Assembly (NCBI GenBank): GCA_965249485.1
Contig: OZ252239.1
Coordinates: 3,200,001 to 3,264,000 of the forward strand
Length of the DNA stretch: 64,000 nt
Direction of reading: 5' to 3'
Source: a bacterium
GTDB taxonomy: Bacteria; SM23-31
Every line of letters starts with the position of its first letter. Position 1 is the stretch's first letter. A program made the position numbers and the translations under genes. This document shows positions 22,010 through 31,215 of this stretch, in pieces. The notes below the pieces were generated by a model, which was not told where the DNA came from, made no database searches, and saw nothing but the letters and a program-made list of their open reading frames with translations.

Positions 22010-22503
22010 TTCTTCCCCCCTTTAATGAGGAGAACAAGTTCATCCAGAAAATGGAGTAAAAAACGGTAGCCGATCAGAAAAAATCCTATCGGTATGACAA
22101 GCTGGAAAACCCACGTCACAATCCCGAAAATTTCCGGACTGCCAAATGAGCGTTCGATCATTACAAATTCCCATGCAGCACGTGCAAGAAGCGCTGTAAT
22201 AGTCAGTGATACTCCGTTGACTACAATACGCACATAATGTTTGGCAATATCTTTGAAAAGTTTTGTAAGTACATCGACATTGATATGTTTCTCAAGGCGG
22301 GCCGCCTGTGAGGCGCCGAGAAAGGCGACAAGAAGGACTAAATGTCTGAGAAATTCGTCGGCTCCACTAATGCCCGTATCAAAAATATTCCTAAGAATTA
22401 CCAGCGTAAACGCAAGCATCACCATCGTCAAAAGCAGGGTAACAAGAATAATATTTTCAAAAACAGAGAGCTTTTCGTCAATCCAATGTAGAATTTTCAA
22501 CAT
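22006..22503 (-). CDS. dctQ: TRAP transporter small permease
   Basis: Four TM segments, HINVD motif, overlaps dctM. Confidence 0.9.
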   Translation of the reverse strand: MLKILHWIDEKLSVFENIILVTLLLTMVMLAFTLVILRNIFDTGISGADEFLRHLVLLVAFLGASQAARLEKHINVDVLTKLFKDIAKHYVRIVVNGVSLTITALLARAAWEFVMIERSFGSPEIFGIVTWVFQLVIPIGFFLIGYRFLLHFLDELVLLIKGGKK

Positions 22504-22517
22504 AACACAGGGCTGTT

Positions 22518-23552
22518 TTAGTTTGACCGGGCTTCCTCAATGAGTATGAGCACTTCATTTAAGAGTTCCTGAGGGTATAATTCTCCTGAAAGGTTTTCTC
22601 GAACTTTCTGACCCGCATCTAAAAATACTTGCAGATTCTCTCCCTGTGGTTTCTGAACAAATTCAATTGCATTCTTTTCGAGATAGGCAAGCGCTTCTTC
22701 ATTATCTTTTCGAGTATGTTTGACCAGCTCCCCGAACCATTTTCTACTTGAAGTAAGTAGCAATTCCTGAAGATCCTGTTCGAGTTCGTCAAACTTATTT
22801 ATTGTGATAAGGACTGCTCCAGCACCATACGTTACCGGGAGAAGTGACATATAATTTGTTCTCTCGTGCCATGACAGAGCAAGTGCACCGTATGGATGAA
22901 CGTATACTGCATTAATGAGACCGGTCTGCAGAGAGGTCAAAGCATCGGGCAGTGCCAATGGAATTGGAGTGACGTTAAGCGATTGAAATAAATTCTGTGC
23001 AAGAGGATCTCCTGTCCATGTCCACATTTTAACTTTCTTCAAATCGTTGGATGTTATAACTCTGTCTTTTGAGAACATATAGACAAAGCCGACTTCAGCC
23101 CAGCCAAGAAGGATAAATCCCTTTTTTTCAAATTCTCCGGCAAAGCGGTCATAAAGCTTTTCGTTGACATAGTCGATTTCATTGTAGTTGTCAAACAGGA
23201 ATGGAAGTTCAAGTACCCGGATCAACGGCACAATATCTCCCAGTCCCCTGCCAGTCAATCCCGCTGCATGTAATCGAGCAACACGGGGATTCATTTTCCT
23301 GATTATATCGCTTTCATCACCTTGTGTATTTGCATAATTTTTTATTGTGAGCCTTCCACTCGAAAGCTGCTTTAGTTCCTTACTTAAACTTTTGATAATT
23401 CTATCCGGGGTTGTATTTGACGGCGCAATCGATGCAAATTTTATCTCATGGGTTTTCTGGGCATTTGCCGATGATACAAGCAAAACACAGGCAAGAAGTA
23501 TTGTTCCAGCTAGTTGTCGTAGTGAACCAATTAAATTGTAAATACGGGTCAT
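22518..23552 (-). CDS. dctP: TRAP substrate-binding protein (DctP/TatP-type)
   Basis: FASIAP, LELPFLF and LQTGLIN motifs. Start moved to ATG 23552. Confidence 0.88.
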   Translation of the reverse strand: MTRIYNLIGSLRQLAGTILLACVLLVSSANAQKTHEIKFASIAPSNTTPDRIIKSLSKELKQLSSGRLTIKNYANTQGDESDIIRKMNPRVARLHAAGLTGRGLGDIVPLIRVLELPFLFDNYNEIDYVNEKLYDRFAGEFEKKGFILLGWAEVGFVYMFSKDRVITSNDLKKVKMWTWTGDPLAQNLFQSLNVTPIPLALPDALTSLQTGLINAVYVHPYGALALSWHERTNYMSLLPVTYGAGAVLITINKFDELEQDLQELLLTSSRKWFGELVKHTRKDNEEALAYLEKNAIEFVQKPQGENLQVFLDAGQKVRENLSGELYPQELLNEVLILIEEARSN

Positions 23553-23589
23553 TATATTTCCTGTCTCTTTGAGTGTTTCCACGTAATCA

Positions 23590-24459
23590 CTAAAACCATT
23601 CATCTTTTTGTGCAAGATACAACCGAGCTTTTTCCTTGGCAATTTCGTTTATCAATCGATACTCGGGCAAAACGTCACCCGGAGTCTGAAGTACTTCGTT
23701 TAATACTGTAACAAAACTCTTTTCATCAAAGGTCCTGACAGCATAGTGCTTGGCATAGAGAACCTTGGTTAACAAAAATTTACCATCAGAGAATTCCAGA
23801 GCCCGGTCGAAATGATCCTTTGCAGATCGCTGATTTCCTGCTACCCCAATCTCGACCTCGACAACACCCAGAAAAAGGTGGGCTCCGCCAAAATAATACG
23901 ATTCATCAAGCTCGAGAATCCGTTCCATGATTGCCTTCACTTTTCCCATATTGGCTAAAGCTGAAAGATCACTGGGATTTGTTTTTATATAGCTGCCCCA
24001 GGCATTTGCTGCCCAGAACAGATCCGGAATATCACTTTTGCTTCTCGTCTGAAGCGCCAATTCGAACTCATCCAAATTGCTTTTCAGTGCTCTTTCTATA
24101 GAACTATTCCGTGACAACAATCTTCGGCCGAAATCACGGGCCCGTCCATAAAACACTATTGCACGCTCTTCATCGTAGTCTTCGATAAAACCGAGAGTAT
24201 ACCCGGTATACCCTTCAACTGCTCGTCGAAGGAGCATTCGGTTATCAGGATCGCTTTTCAGTAATCCTTCCAACATTTTCAAAAATCCTGCAATGGAATC
24301 TTGTGCCAGTTTCCGGTCGGATTCTTCATATACAGCCGTCAGAGTATTGTCGATGATGGTGCTTGTAGCATTGACTGCTATTTTCTGAATTGAGCAATTA
24401 ACGAACAAGAAAGTCGCTATCAGTAAACTGCTCAATATCCGGTTCAATCGATATATCAT
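23590..24459 (-). CDS. TRAP transporter TatT component (TPR-like lipoprotein)
   Basis: Lipobox-like FVNC; E.D..LA, LDESYYFGGAH.FLG, HFDRAL and N.IAK.KA motifs; directly upstream of dctP. Confidence 0.85.
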   Translation of the reverse strand: MIYRLNRILSSLLIATFLFVNCSIQKIAVNATSTIIDNTLTAVYEESDRKLAQDSIAGFLKMLEGLLKSDPDNRMLLRRAVEGYTGYTLGFIEDYDEERAIVFYGRARDFGRRLLSRNSSIERALKSNLDEFELALQTRSKSDIPDLFWAANAWGSYIKTNPSDLSALANMGKVKAIMERILELDESYYFGGAHLFLGVVEVEIGVAGNQRSAKDHFDRALEFSDGKFLLTKVLYAKHYAVRTFDEKSFVTVLNEVLQTPGDVLPEYRLINEIAKEKARLYLAQKDEWF

Positions 24460-24646
24460 GGGAATGTTACTATTATGTTAATTTTTTATTTTATTATTTA
24501 CTGTAGTGAACGACAAAAAGGGATAAAATGTTCACCGAAAACAGAAAATGCCTCCCTGAAGACTGGCAGACATTTTAATACTAATAAGCAAATTCTTTTC
24601 TAATTATATTCTATAACACAAAGCATCTTAGAAAAGATGCTCATGT

Positions 24647-24979
24647 TTAGGACACTTTTTGAATCTTCCTTTTAAGATTGCGTATTCGGCGTCTGATATT
24701 GCGGAACTGATTGCTGTTATTGACGTCCTGTTCCTGCAATTCAGATTTTTTTTGTTTCAGTCTGAGTATTTCGATCTTTATCGCACCTTTATCATTTAAA
24801 CCTTTTTTCTTTTCAACTTTTGATAATTCTTTTCCAGGCTCATCTATTCCAAGCTCATCAATAATTGCAGACACCAGTGCGTCTTTTTTCATTCCACTCA
24901 TACCACTGAGCTTTGTATGCTCCGATGCATATTCTTTGAGTTGCTTTACTGTCATTTTTTTCAATTCTGATTCAGTCAT
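24647..24979 (-). CDS. Small basic protein with Rho N-terminal-like domain
   Basis: LKKMTVKQLKE.A......G.SGMKK..LV.AI. Confidence 0.75.
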   Translation of the reverse strand: MTESELKKMTVKQLKEYASEHTKLSGMSGMKKDALVSAIIDELGIDEPGKELSKVEKKKGLNDKGAIKIEILRLKQKKSELQEQDVNNSNQFRNIRRRIRNLKRKIQKVS

Positions 24980-25408
24980 AGTTCCCTCAACATTTTATTT
25001 GTAAAAACACAATAAGTAGCGAACAAAATACAAAATTTCATCAGGAAATCAAAATGGTAATTTTCCACCTATTTTATGTGCACATTTCATCAAGGTTAGC
25101 AGGATATATTATGCTGTTCATAAATTCAAGCAAAAATAAAATTCCAACGTGCAATGTTAACCCTGATGCTGTATATTGTGCAGAGAACTGTAGTGTCAAT
25201 GATAATCAATATTTGAAATCATATTTTTTAGAGATTAAATGAATTCACATCTGATATTTTTTTCTGAACCATTTCCGTCCAAACTGCGTATTATAATAAT
25301 ACGAACAATAATACCGTATTTATTATAAGAAATGACAAATAATCTTGATTTATCTTCCCAAGATCGGTATTTTTAATTAGTTATCACTCAATATAATAGG
25401 TAGGCTAC

Positions 25409-26275
25409 ATGACTTGCCACAACACTATAAGGCTGATTCTTATTTGTCTTGTAATTAATACTGGAACATTAATAATCCCGGCGTCAACTGCTTTAGGACA
25501 GCGGATAAGGGCAGATGTTACAGTAAATTTGGAGCAGCTTGTTCCTGAACAACAATTTGAACTTCAAAACTTCCACAACATTATCAAACAGTATTTTGAA
25601 TTTTCTTCCTGGCCGGAGGGAAAATACGATTATAAAATCTCTTTAAAAATCCAAATAGTACTAGATCGCATGCAAACGTCATTTGAGGATGTCTATCATG
25701 GCCGCCTTTTTATTGCGAGTGACGAGACTGGATTTAAGGAAGTTGATCGCCGTTGGCGGTTTCCGTATCAGCAGAACCAGTCTCTATCTCTGAATGTGAA
25801 TCTATTTGACGGTTTAACCGGATTACTTAATTTTTACACTTTGATTGTAATTGGTGAATACATGGATCGTCTTGAACATTTTGCAGGTGATTCATTCTTT
25901 CGGCAGGCCAGAAACATAGCACTTTTCGGTCGAGCAGACCGGTACAATTTCTGGTGGGATAAAAGAGAAGAGTTTATTGCTGGATATTTAAACGAATCGC
26001 ACAAAGTTTTTCGGACAATGACAGCTTTTTATGATGCTGCACTTTATTGGAAATCGGTGAATAATGAAGAAGAAAAACTCTATGCAATGCAGGAAACAAT
26101 CAAGCTGCTTGAAGAAACTGCGAAAATCCCGGCAGAAGAAAAGTTCTTGAAAAATTTTTTCGATAAAGAATATTCACAATTATCTGCTTTATTTGCCACC
26201 AACGCTAACATTCTGGACATACTCGCAAAGCTTGATCCCAACAGGCAGAATACTTATTTGAAACAGGATAAATAG
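25409..26275 (+). CDS. DUF4835-like secreted protein
   Basis: Signal peptide then Q; D..W.F.Y...Q, LT.LL.FY...IG..D, G..F..A and LDP motifs. Confidence 0.65.
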   Translation: MTCHNTIRLILICLVINTGTLIIPASTALGQRIRADVTVNLEQLVPEQQFELQNFHNIIKQYFEFSSWPEGKYDYKISLKIQIVLDRMQTSFEDVYHGRLFIASDETGFKEVDRRWRFPYQQNQSLSLNVNLFDGLTGLLNFYTLIVIGEYMDRLEHFAGDSFFRQARNIALFGRADRYNFWWDKREEFIAGYLNESHKVFRTMTAFYDAALYWKSVNNEEEKLYAMQETIKLLEETAKIPAEEKFLKNFFDKEYSQLSALFATNANILDILAKLDPNRQNTYLKQDK

Positions 26276-26286
26276 TTTTTATAATT

Positions 26287-27693
26287 TTACAAAGTCACTT
26301 CTATTATTTCATTGTTTTCTACTCTATATCGAACTTTTGTTGTTTCATCCTTGATAGTTTTTTTCAGGTTGAGTAGGGTTATGGAAACACCACGATAGAC
26401 TTTTGAGAGAACATCAATAGTTACATCATTATATTTTTTCATTTCTTCTTCAATCTGGTTTTTTTTCTCTTCAAGTTCTTTTTTATGATTGGGAATTTGT
26501 CCTTGCAAAACCTGTAATTTATTGAGAAGCTGCTCCTGTTCAGGAGGTAATTTACCAACTTTCATCTTATTTTTAAAAAGTACATAAATGGCTTTCTTAA
26601 TCTCATCCATATTCTGATCGCTTTTTACGTGCTGCTCTTTCAAGTCTTCCAGCTTTTTCGTCAGCTCATCATCAACTCCTGCTATTATTTCAGTTTTAGT
26701 TTCCTGATAACTACCCAACTCTTTTACAACTAAACCTTTTGTTGCGCGTGTCAAACCTCCGACTATTGTTCCTTTAGATCCCTGAACTTCTATAGTTGAT
26801 TCACAGATCAGTGTACTGTGGAGTACGGCTTCACCGACAATAATATTTCCTTTTGCTTTGATCGTTTGATTTTCGCAAAATTTAAGAATTACATCACCCT
26901 TAGCTTCAATGATTCCTTTCCCTTTTCCGACTATTCCCTTTTTTATAACAACACTACCGCCACTTATGACTTTAGCATCTTCCACAAGTCCTTCTATCTG
27001 AACATCATTTTCTGAACGAACCTCGAATCCCGATTTCACATCACCCTTAATCAAAAGAGAACCAACATAATCAATATTACCCGTCTGAAAGTCAACAGAA
27101 GTTGGAACAATATACACTGATTCGACCGAAACCGAACCACCTTTCAGTATGACATTACCGTCAATACTGGAAACTAAAATATTAGGATTATCCGGAGAAG
27201 CATTCGTATTGGGACCAACAGGCAATTTAGCAACTCCTCCAACTACAGGGAGAATAGTCTCATTGAGCACAGTTTTACCGTCTTTACCAGGTACTGGAGA
27301 AATAGTTTCTGCAAGCCTGTCTTCCTTTTTCACATTTTGAATGAGTTGTATCTCTTTAAAATCAACATTCCCTTTTTCATCTTCCTTCGGTGCCACATTC
27401 CGCTTCGTTAAAAACAAAAATTTCACATAGCCGTCTACACCATCTTCTGATGGAGTACCGAAAGCAACATCGATACTTTCGTCGAATTGCTCATTTTTAA
27501 TTATATTATGAATGAGATCGGTATCAATACCATATATAATCTTTTCTTTTTTGAGTGCCTGAAACACCATTTCTGCAGTTGGTTCAGTTCCTCCGTCAGA
27601 CGCCGACACAATTTGTATCGAAGCCCTCATGCCCTTGTCTAAAACTTTGACCGTTACACTACTATCTCTTTTGTCTGTATTACCTTCAGCCAT
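26287..27693 (-). CDS. FapA/DUF342 flagellar assembly protein A
   Basis: G.DG, G.VDFKE, VDFQTGNIDY.G, G.VEDA and IVGG motifs. Start moved to 27693. Confidence 0.88.
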   Translation of the reverse strand: MAEGNTDKRDSSVTVKVLDKGMRASIQIVSASDGGTEPTAEMVFQALKKEKIIYGIDTDLIHNIIKNEQFDESIDVAFGTPSEDGVDGYVKFLFLTKRNVAPKEDEKGNVDFKEIQLIQNVKKEDRLAETISPVPGKDGKTVLNETILPVVGGVAKLPVGPNTNASPDNPNILVSSIDGNVILKGGSVSVESVYIVPTSVDFQTGNIDYVGSLLIKGDVKSGFEVRSENDVQIEGLVEDAKVISGGSVVIKKGIVGKGKGIIEAKGDVILKFCENQTIKAKGNIIVGEAVLHSTLICESTIEVQGSKGTIVGGLTRATKGLVVKELGSYQETKTEIIAGVDDELTKKLEDLKEQHVKSDQNMDEIKKAIYVLFKNKMKVGKLPPEQEQLLNKLQVLQGQIPNHKKELEEKKNQIEEEMKKYNDVTIDVLSKVYRGVSITLLNLKKTIKDETTKVRYRVENNEIIEVTL

Positions 27694-27881
27694 AGCGTTT
27701 TCGGATATGTATGTTACGCAAAGTACTATTATGCAAAAAATGAGATGATTTATTTCACGTAAGGTATAATCATCCCATGATGGAAAGTAAGATTTACTGC
27801 TCAAAATGTCAAGGATATAAAGAAAAGTGGAAATTGTGTCTACGGAAGTTAAATAATAGACTGCTGGTAAAGGTGTGATAG

Positions 27882-28265
27882 TTATTCTTTGGTGTCAATA
27901 AACGAATCTACAATCTTTTTGGGATTCAGATAACCTTCATTCATTTTTCTGCCACGATAAAGTTCTTTCATTTCTTCCAAAACAGAGTCTTTAGACGTTG
28001 TTAATATATGTGATGCTTGTGCATCTACATCCATTATATCACGGATAAGCGACCCGCGCTTTGTATTGTAGCGTTCAAGTTCCTGAGAACTCACCATATC
28101 GGGAGAATCATTGAGGAGGCGTCCAAGTGCTTTTTCCAATTCTGACAAAACAGCAATTTCCTGTCCGCGACTGGCAAAAAGCGACTCTAATTTGCTGTAT
28201 TCTTCGGTTTCTATGAGGGACGATATACTTTGAGAAAGGCGGACCACTTCATCTAAGTGATCCAT
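27882..28265 (-). CDS. FlgN/FliT-like flagellar export chaperone
   Basis: Helical 127-aa protein ending GY...FID..; follows the flgM-like gene. Confidence 0.55.
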   Translation of the reverse strand: MDHLDEVVRLSQSISSLIETEEYSKLESLFASRGQEIAVLSELEKALGRLLNDSPDMVSSQELERYNTKRGSLIRDIMDVDAQASHILTTSKDSVLEEMKELYRGRKMNEGYLNPKKIVDSFIDTKE

Positions 28266-28332
28266 ACACCGTTTGAGAATCGGTTTTTCTGTAAAATAGT
28301 CAGGTATTGCAATGAGTAAAATTCAGTAAACG

Positions 28333-28641
28333 TTAAAGACCAAACTGAACAAGCAGTTGTTCTGCAATTGAACTGGTCTGTTCTCGGCTAAGGGCATATC
28401 CGTTGCTCAGTTCATTTTGAAACGAATGCACTTCACCGATACGAATTTCAGGTAGTTCACCTATATATTCTTTGACTCGTTGAATAAAGTCCTCAATCGT
28501 GTACCGCTGTCTGGCATCGGTAGAGATATGAACTTCATCCTGTTTTCCCGAATTCTTTGTCCGTGCCGATTCTTTTCGCACATTATAATTATTCTGTGCA
28601 GACGGCAGCCCGTGAATACTACTAATATCCATACGTGTCAT
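28333..28641 (-). CDS. flgM: Anti-sigma28 factor FlgM-like
   Basis: DEVHIS..A, P.IR...V, G.Y and IAE.L pattern; flagellar context. Confidence 0.7.
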   Translation of the reverse strand: MTRMDISSIHGLPSAQNNYNVRKESARTKNSGKQDEVHISTDARQRYTIEDFIQRVKEYIGELPEIRIGEVHSFQNELSNGYALSREQTSSIAEQLLVQFGL

Positions 28642-28660
28642 CCATTAGTTCATAATCAAA

Positions 28661-29047
28661 TCAGGCAGTCTCGTCAACAATTCTGCCAATTATTTCCGCT
28701 AAACGGGAAGCAAGCTCCAAAAGTTGTTCAGGAGGAATTTCCCGGACAACTTTCTCTGTTTCGCGATCCATTATTTTTATAACAGTATTTCCGGAAGTCT
28801 CATCGATTGAAAAATTAATAGTAGTATTAAATATTCGAAAATTCTCATTAAGATCTTCAGTAACTTTTTTCAGCAATTCCGGATCAAGCTTTCTACTAAT
28901 TGGAACAGCTGCTTCTTCCTGGGGCGTTTCGCTAATAACCGGCTGTGAACTTACTTGGACTTTCTGATTCGAGGATGGCTGTATGTTCACCGGCTGGTCA
29001 ATCCCGGGATTTAATGTTATCCCATCTTGTACCATAGGTTCACCCAC
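28661..29047 (-). CDS. flaG: Flagellar protein FlaG
   Basis: F.IDE......IKI.D..T..V.REIPPE..L motif. Confidence 0.9.
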   Translation of the reverse strand: MGEPMVQDGITLNPGIDQPVNIQPSSNQKVQVSSQPVISETPQEEAAVPISRKLDPELLKKVTEDLNENFRIFNTTINFSIDETSGNTVIKIMDRETEKVVREIPPEQLLELASRLAEIIGRIVDETA

Positions 29048-29131
29048 TATTCAATTTTTATAAGGTTGTTTACTCCATTGTATATGTTATTTATTACAGT
29101 AGAGAGCCTGATCAAAACTACACCTATACAT

Positions 29132-30616
29132 TTAAAATGTATTAAACTGTGGTGTATTTAATCCTCCTGTGGCCAAATTACCAAATTGAAAACCCGATCT
29201 CTGAAGCGTAAGCTGCTGCGACTGAAGTGTGCTTAAAAGTCTCGACAGTTGTGTAAATTGCTGCCTCAGATTTGACTCTCTTCCTTTTAATCTTGTATTT
29301 AATCGTTCTACGTGTCTATCAATAGTTTTAATATTTTCTCGGAAACTCTTTTCAATCCCCCGAAAGACACCGCTAAAACTGGTAAACTTTTTAAGTTCAT
29401 CGTCTAATTTCTGTGCCAGCCCACCATCGTCTCTGAAAAAATTCCGTATTTCATTTGCATTTTCTTCAATTGACTGTTCAAATTTTTCCTGATCTGCAAT
29501 TGTGAGTGTTCCATCACGCTCAATCTCAATTCCTAAATTTGTAATATTAGTAATCGTTGTGTTTCCATTACCGGTTATATTACCCGATATTTGCTCGCGC
29601 AATCGAATCCGCAACTGAATAATCGTCGAATTTCCAACAAATTTTCCACGGACATTTGATGACGGATCTCTCTGCAGCCTTTTATTGATGAAACTCAACG
29701 CCGTATTATATTCATCAACAAAACTCTTAATCTCTTCCTGCAGTGCATCGCCATCCGTTGAAACTGTAAGTGTTTCGGCGTTTTCCCCTTCATCCTGCGC
29801 TTTCAATAATGACAGTGTCAATCCTTTTACAACACCCGATACTGTATTACTGTCATGCGTAATTTCAACACCATTCAAGGTGAAAAGAGCATCAAGTTCT
29901 TCACTGTTTTCCTGAATATATCCACTTTTTTTGTTTGTGGCCTCAGTTCTTTGCGATCCTAAGTTCAATCCAATATTATCGAGCAGGCCTTTTCCCGAAG
30001 TATCATTAAGCGATATTGTATTTGATGAGCCTGTCTCTTTTGATACGATTGATAGTCTCAAGGAGTTCCTATTAACGCTTATCGAATTTGCAGTTACACC
30101 GATACCGGCATTATTAATACTCTCTGCAATACGCGTCAGAACTTCCTCATTCGTCTCATTCTTATCATTAAAGGAAACTGTAAATTCAACGGCAGGATCG
30201 TCACCTATCTGGATTGAAAACTGCTTTGTCGAACCATCAAACTTTTTTGCCAGCGAATTACTATCCGCCTTTACGATGTCAGAGAGCGCTGTGTCACGGC
30301 TCGCAATACGCGAAACAAATAATGTATTGACACCAATATCTGTATTCGCTTCGGCTTCTGCCGTCACAATTGAATCATTACTTGATATCACTGCACGAGC
30401 ACTGAGATTCGAATCAGCACTGAATGACCGAAATCCTTTCACTCTGTCGCACAGTGTTGAAAGTTCAGTCTTTAATCCCGAAAAAACCGAACTTTTATTG
30501 AGAATATCGCTTTTGCGATTCTCTAATCTCTCTACGGGTCTACGTTCGACCTGTAGAAAGTTTTCGACAAATGAATTAATATCAATTTGTCCATTGAGTC
30601 CACTTATTGCCGCCAT
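29132..30616 (-). CDS. fliD: Flagellar filament cap protein
   Basis: ISGL...D, S.ETG, DA...NGV....SN, FVDEYN and QF..L motifs. Confidence 0.92.
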   Translation of the reverse strand: MAAISGLNGQIDINSFVENFLQVERRPVERLENRKSDILNKSSVFSGLKTELSTLCDRVKGFRSFSADSNLSARAVISSNDSIVTAEAEANTDIGVNTLFVSRIASRDTALSDIVKADSNSLAKKFDGSTKQFSIQIGDDPAVEFTVSFNDKNETNEEVLTRIAESINNAGIGVTANSISVNRNSLRLSIVSKETGSSNTISLNDTSGKGLLDNIGLNLGSQRTEATNKKSGYIQENSEELDALFTLNGVEITHDSNTVSGVVKGLTLSLLKAQDEGENAETLTVSTDGDALQEEIKSFVDEYNTALSFINKRLQRDPSSNVRGKFVGNSTIIQLRIRLREQISGNITGNGNTTITNITNLGIEIERDGTLTIADQEKFEQSIEENANEIRNFFRDDGGLAQKLDDELKKFTSFSGVFRGIEKSFRENIKTIDRHVERLNTRLKGRESNLRQQFTQLSRLLSTLQSQQLTLQRSGFQFGNLATGGLNTPQFNTF

Positions 30617-30642
30617 CTTAACTCACTTTGTTATGAAATCAA

Positions 30643-30996
30643 TTATATTTTTACCTTCGTACCTCCATTATTAGCTCCTGTAGCTTCAATCCAACTATTA
30701 CGAAGGCTATGTAATATTTCTATAGCTTCATCAAATTTACTCTGTCTTACCAAGTCCATACAGTATTGGTATAACCGAAATAACCCCAGTGAAACCTCTG
30801 CATACTCGAAATTCAACGATGAAATTAGTTCTACCAGGCCTTTACTGGCTTTATCCATATCACCCTTCTTGCACTGAACAATAACAAAATCGTAAACTTT
30901 TATCAATAATTGTATCGGATCAAGACCCATTATCTGGCTCTGCTGGTGTGATTGAAGTTTTTTTCCATCCATCAGCGTCGAATTTGATTTCCGCAA
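30643..30996 (-). CDS. fliS: Flagellin chaperone
   Basis: P.QL...YD, L..SLNFE, L.RLY.Y and LR.SW motifs. Confidence 0.88.
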   Translation of the reverse strand: MRKSNSTLMDGKKLQSHQQSQIMGLDPIQLLIKVYDFVIVQCKKGDMDKASKGLVELISSLNFEYAEVSLGLFRLYQYCMDLVRQSKFDEAIEILHSLRNSWIEATGANNGGTKVKI

Positions 30997-31065
30997 TATT
31001 TTCTCCTATGATTCCTGCTTAGAATACAATGAGCGATTCCGATACGACCATACCTATCTATATAG

Positions 31066-31092
31066 GTATCGGCAATAATCGGCAAACCTTTA
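31066..31092 (-). promoter_or_regulatory. Sigma28 (FliA) promoter for the fliS-fliD-flaG-flgM operon
   Basis: Minus strand reads TAAA-ggtttgccgattatt(15)-GCCGATAC, near consensus, about 70 nt upstream of fliS. Confidence 0.8.
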
Positions 31093-31215
31093 TTCTTTTG
31101 TCTGTTTTTTTCGATTTTTAATATACTACTTTGTGACTGGCAACTGAATGCAGCATAAATTATTCTAGGATTTTCATACTGGAATAATACTTTTTCATGA
31201 TTTTCTTTTTCGTCT

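Noticed and set aside
29931..30674. Long antisense ORFs such as 247 aa opposite fliD, and 47622..47993
   Set aside because: Shadow frames of well-supported genes with no recognisable motifs.
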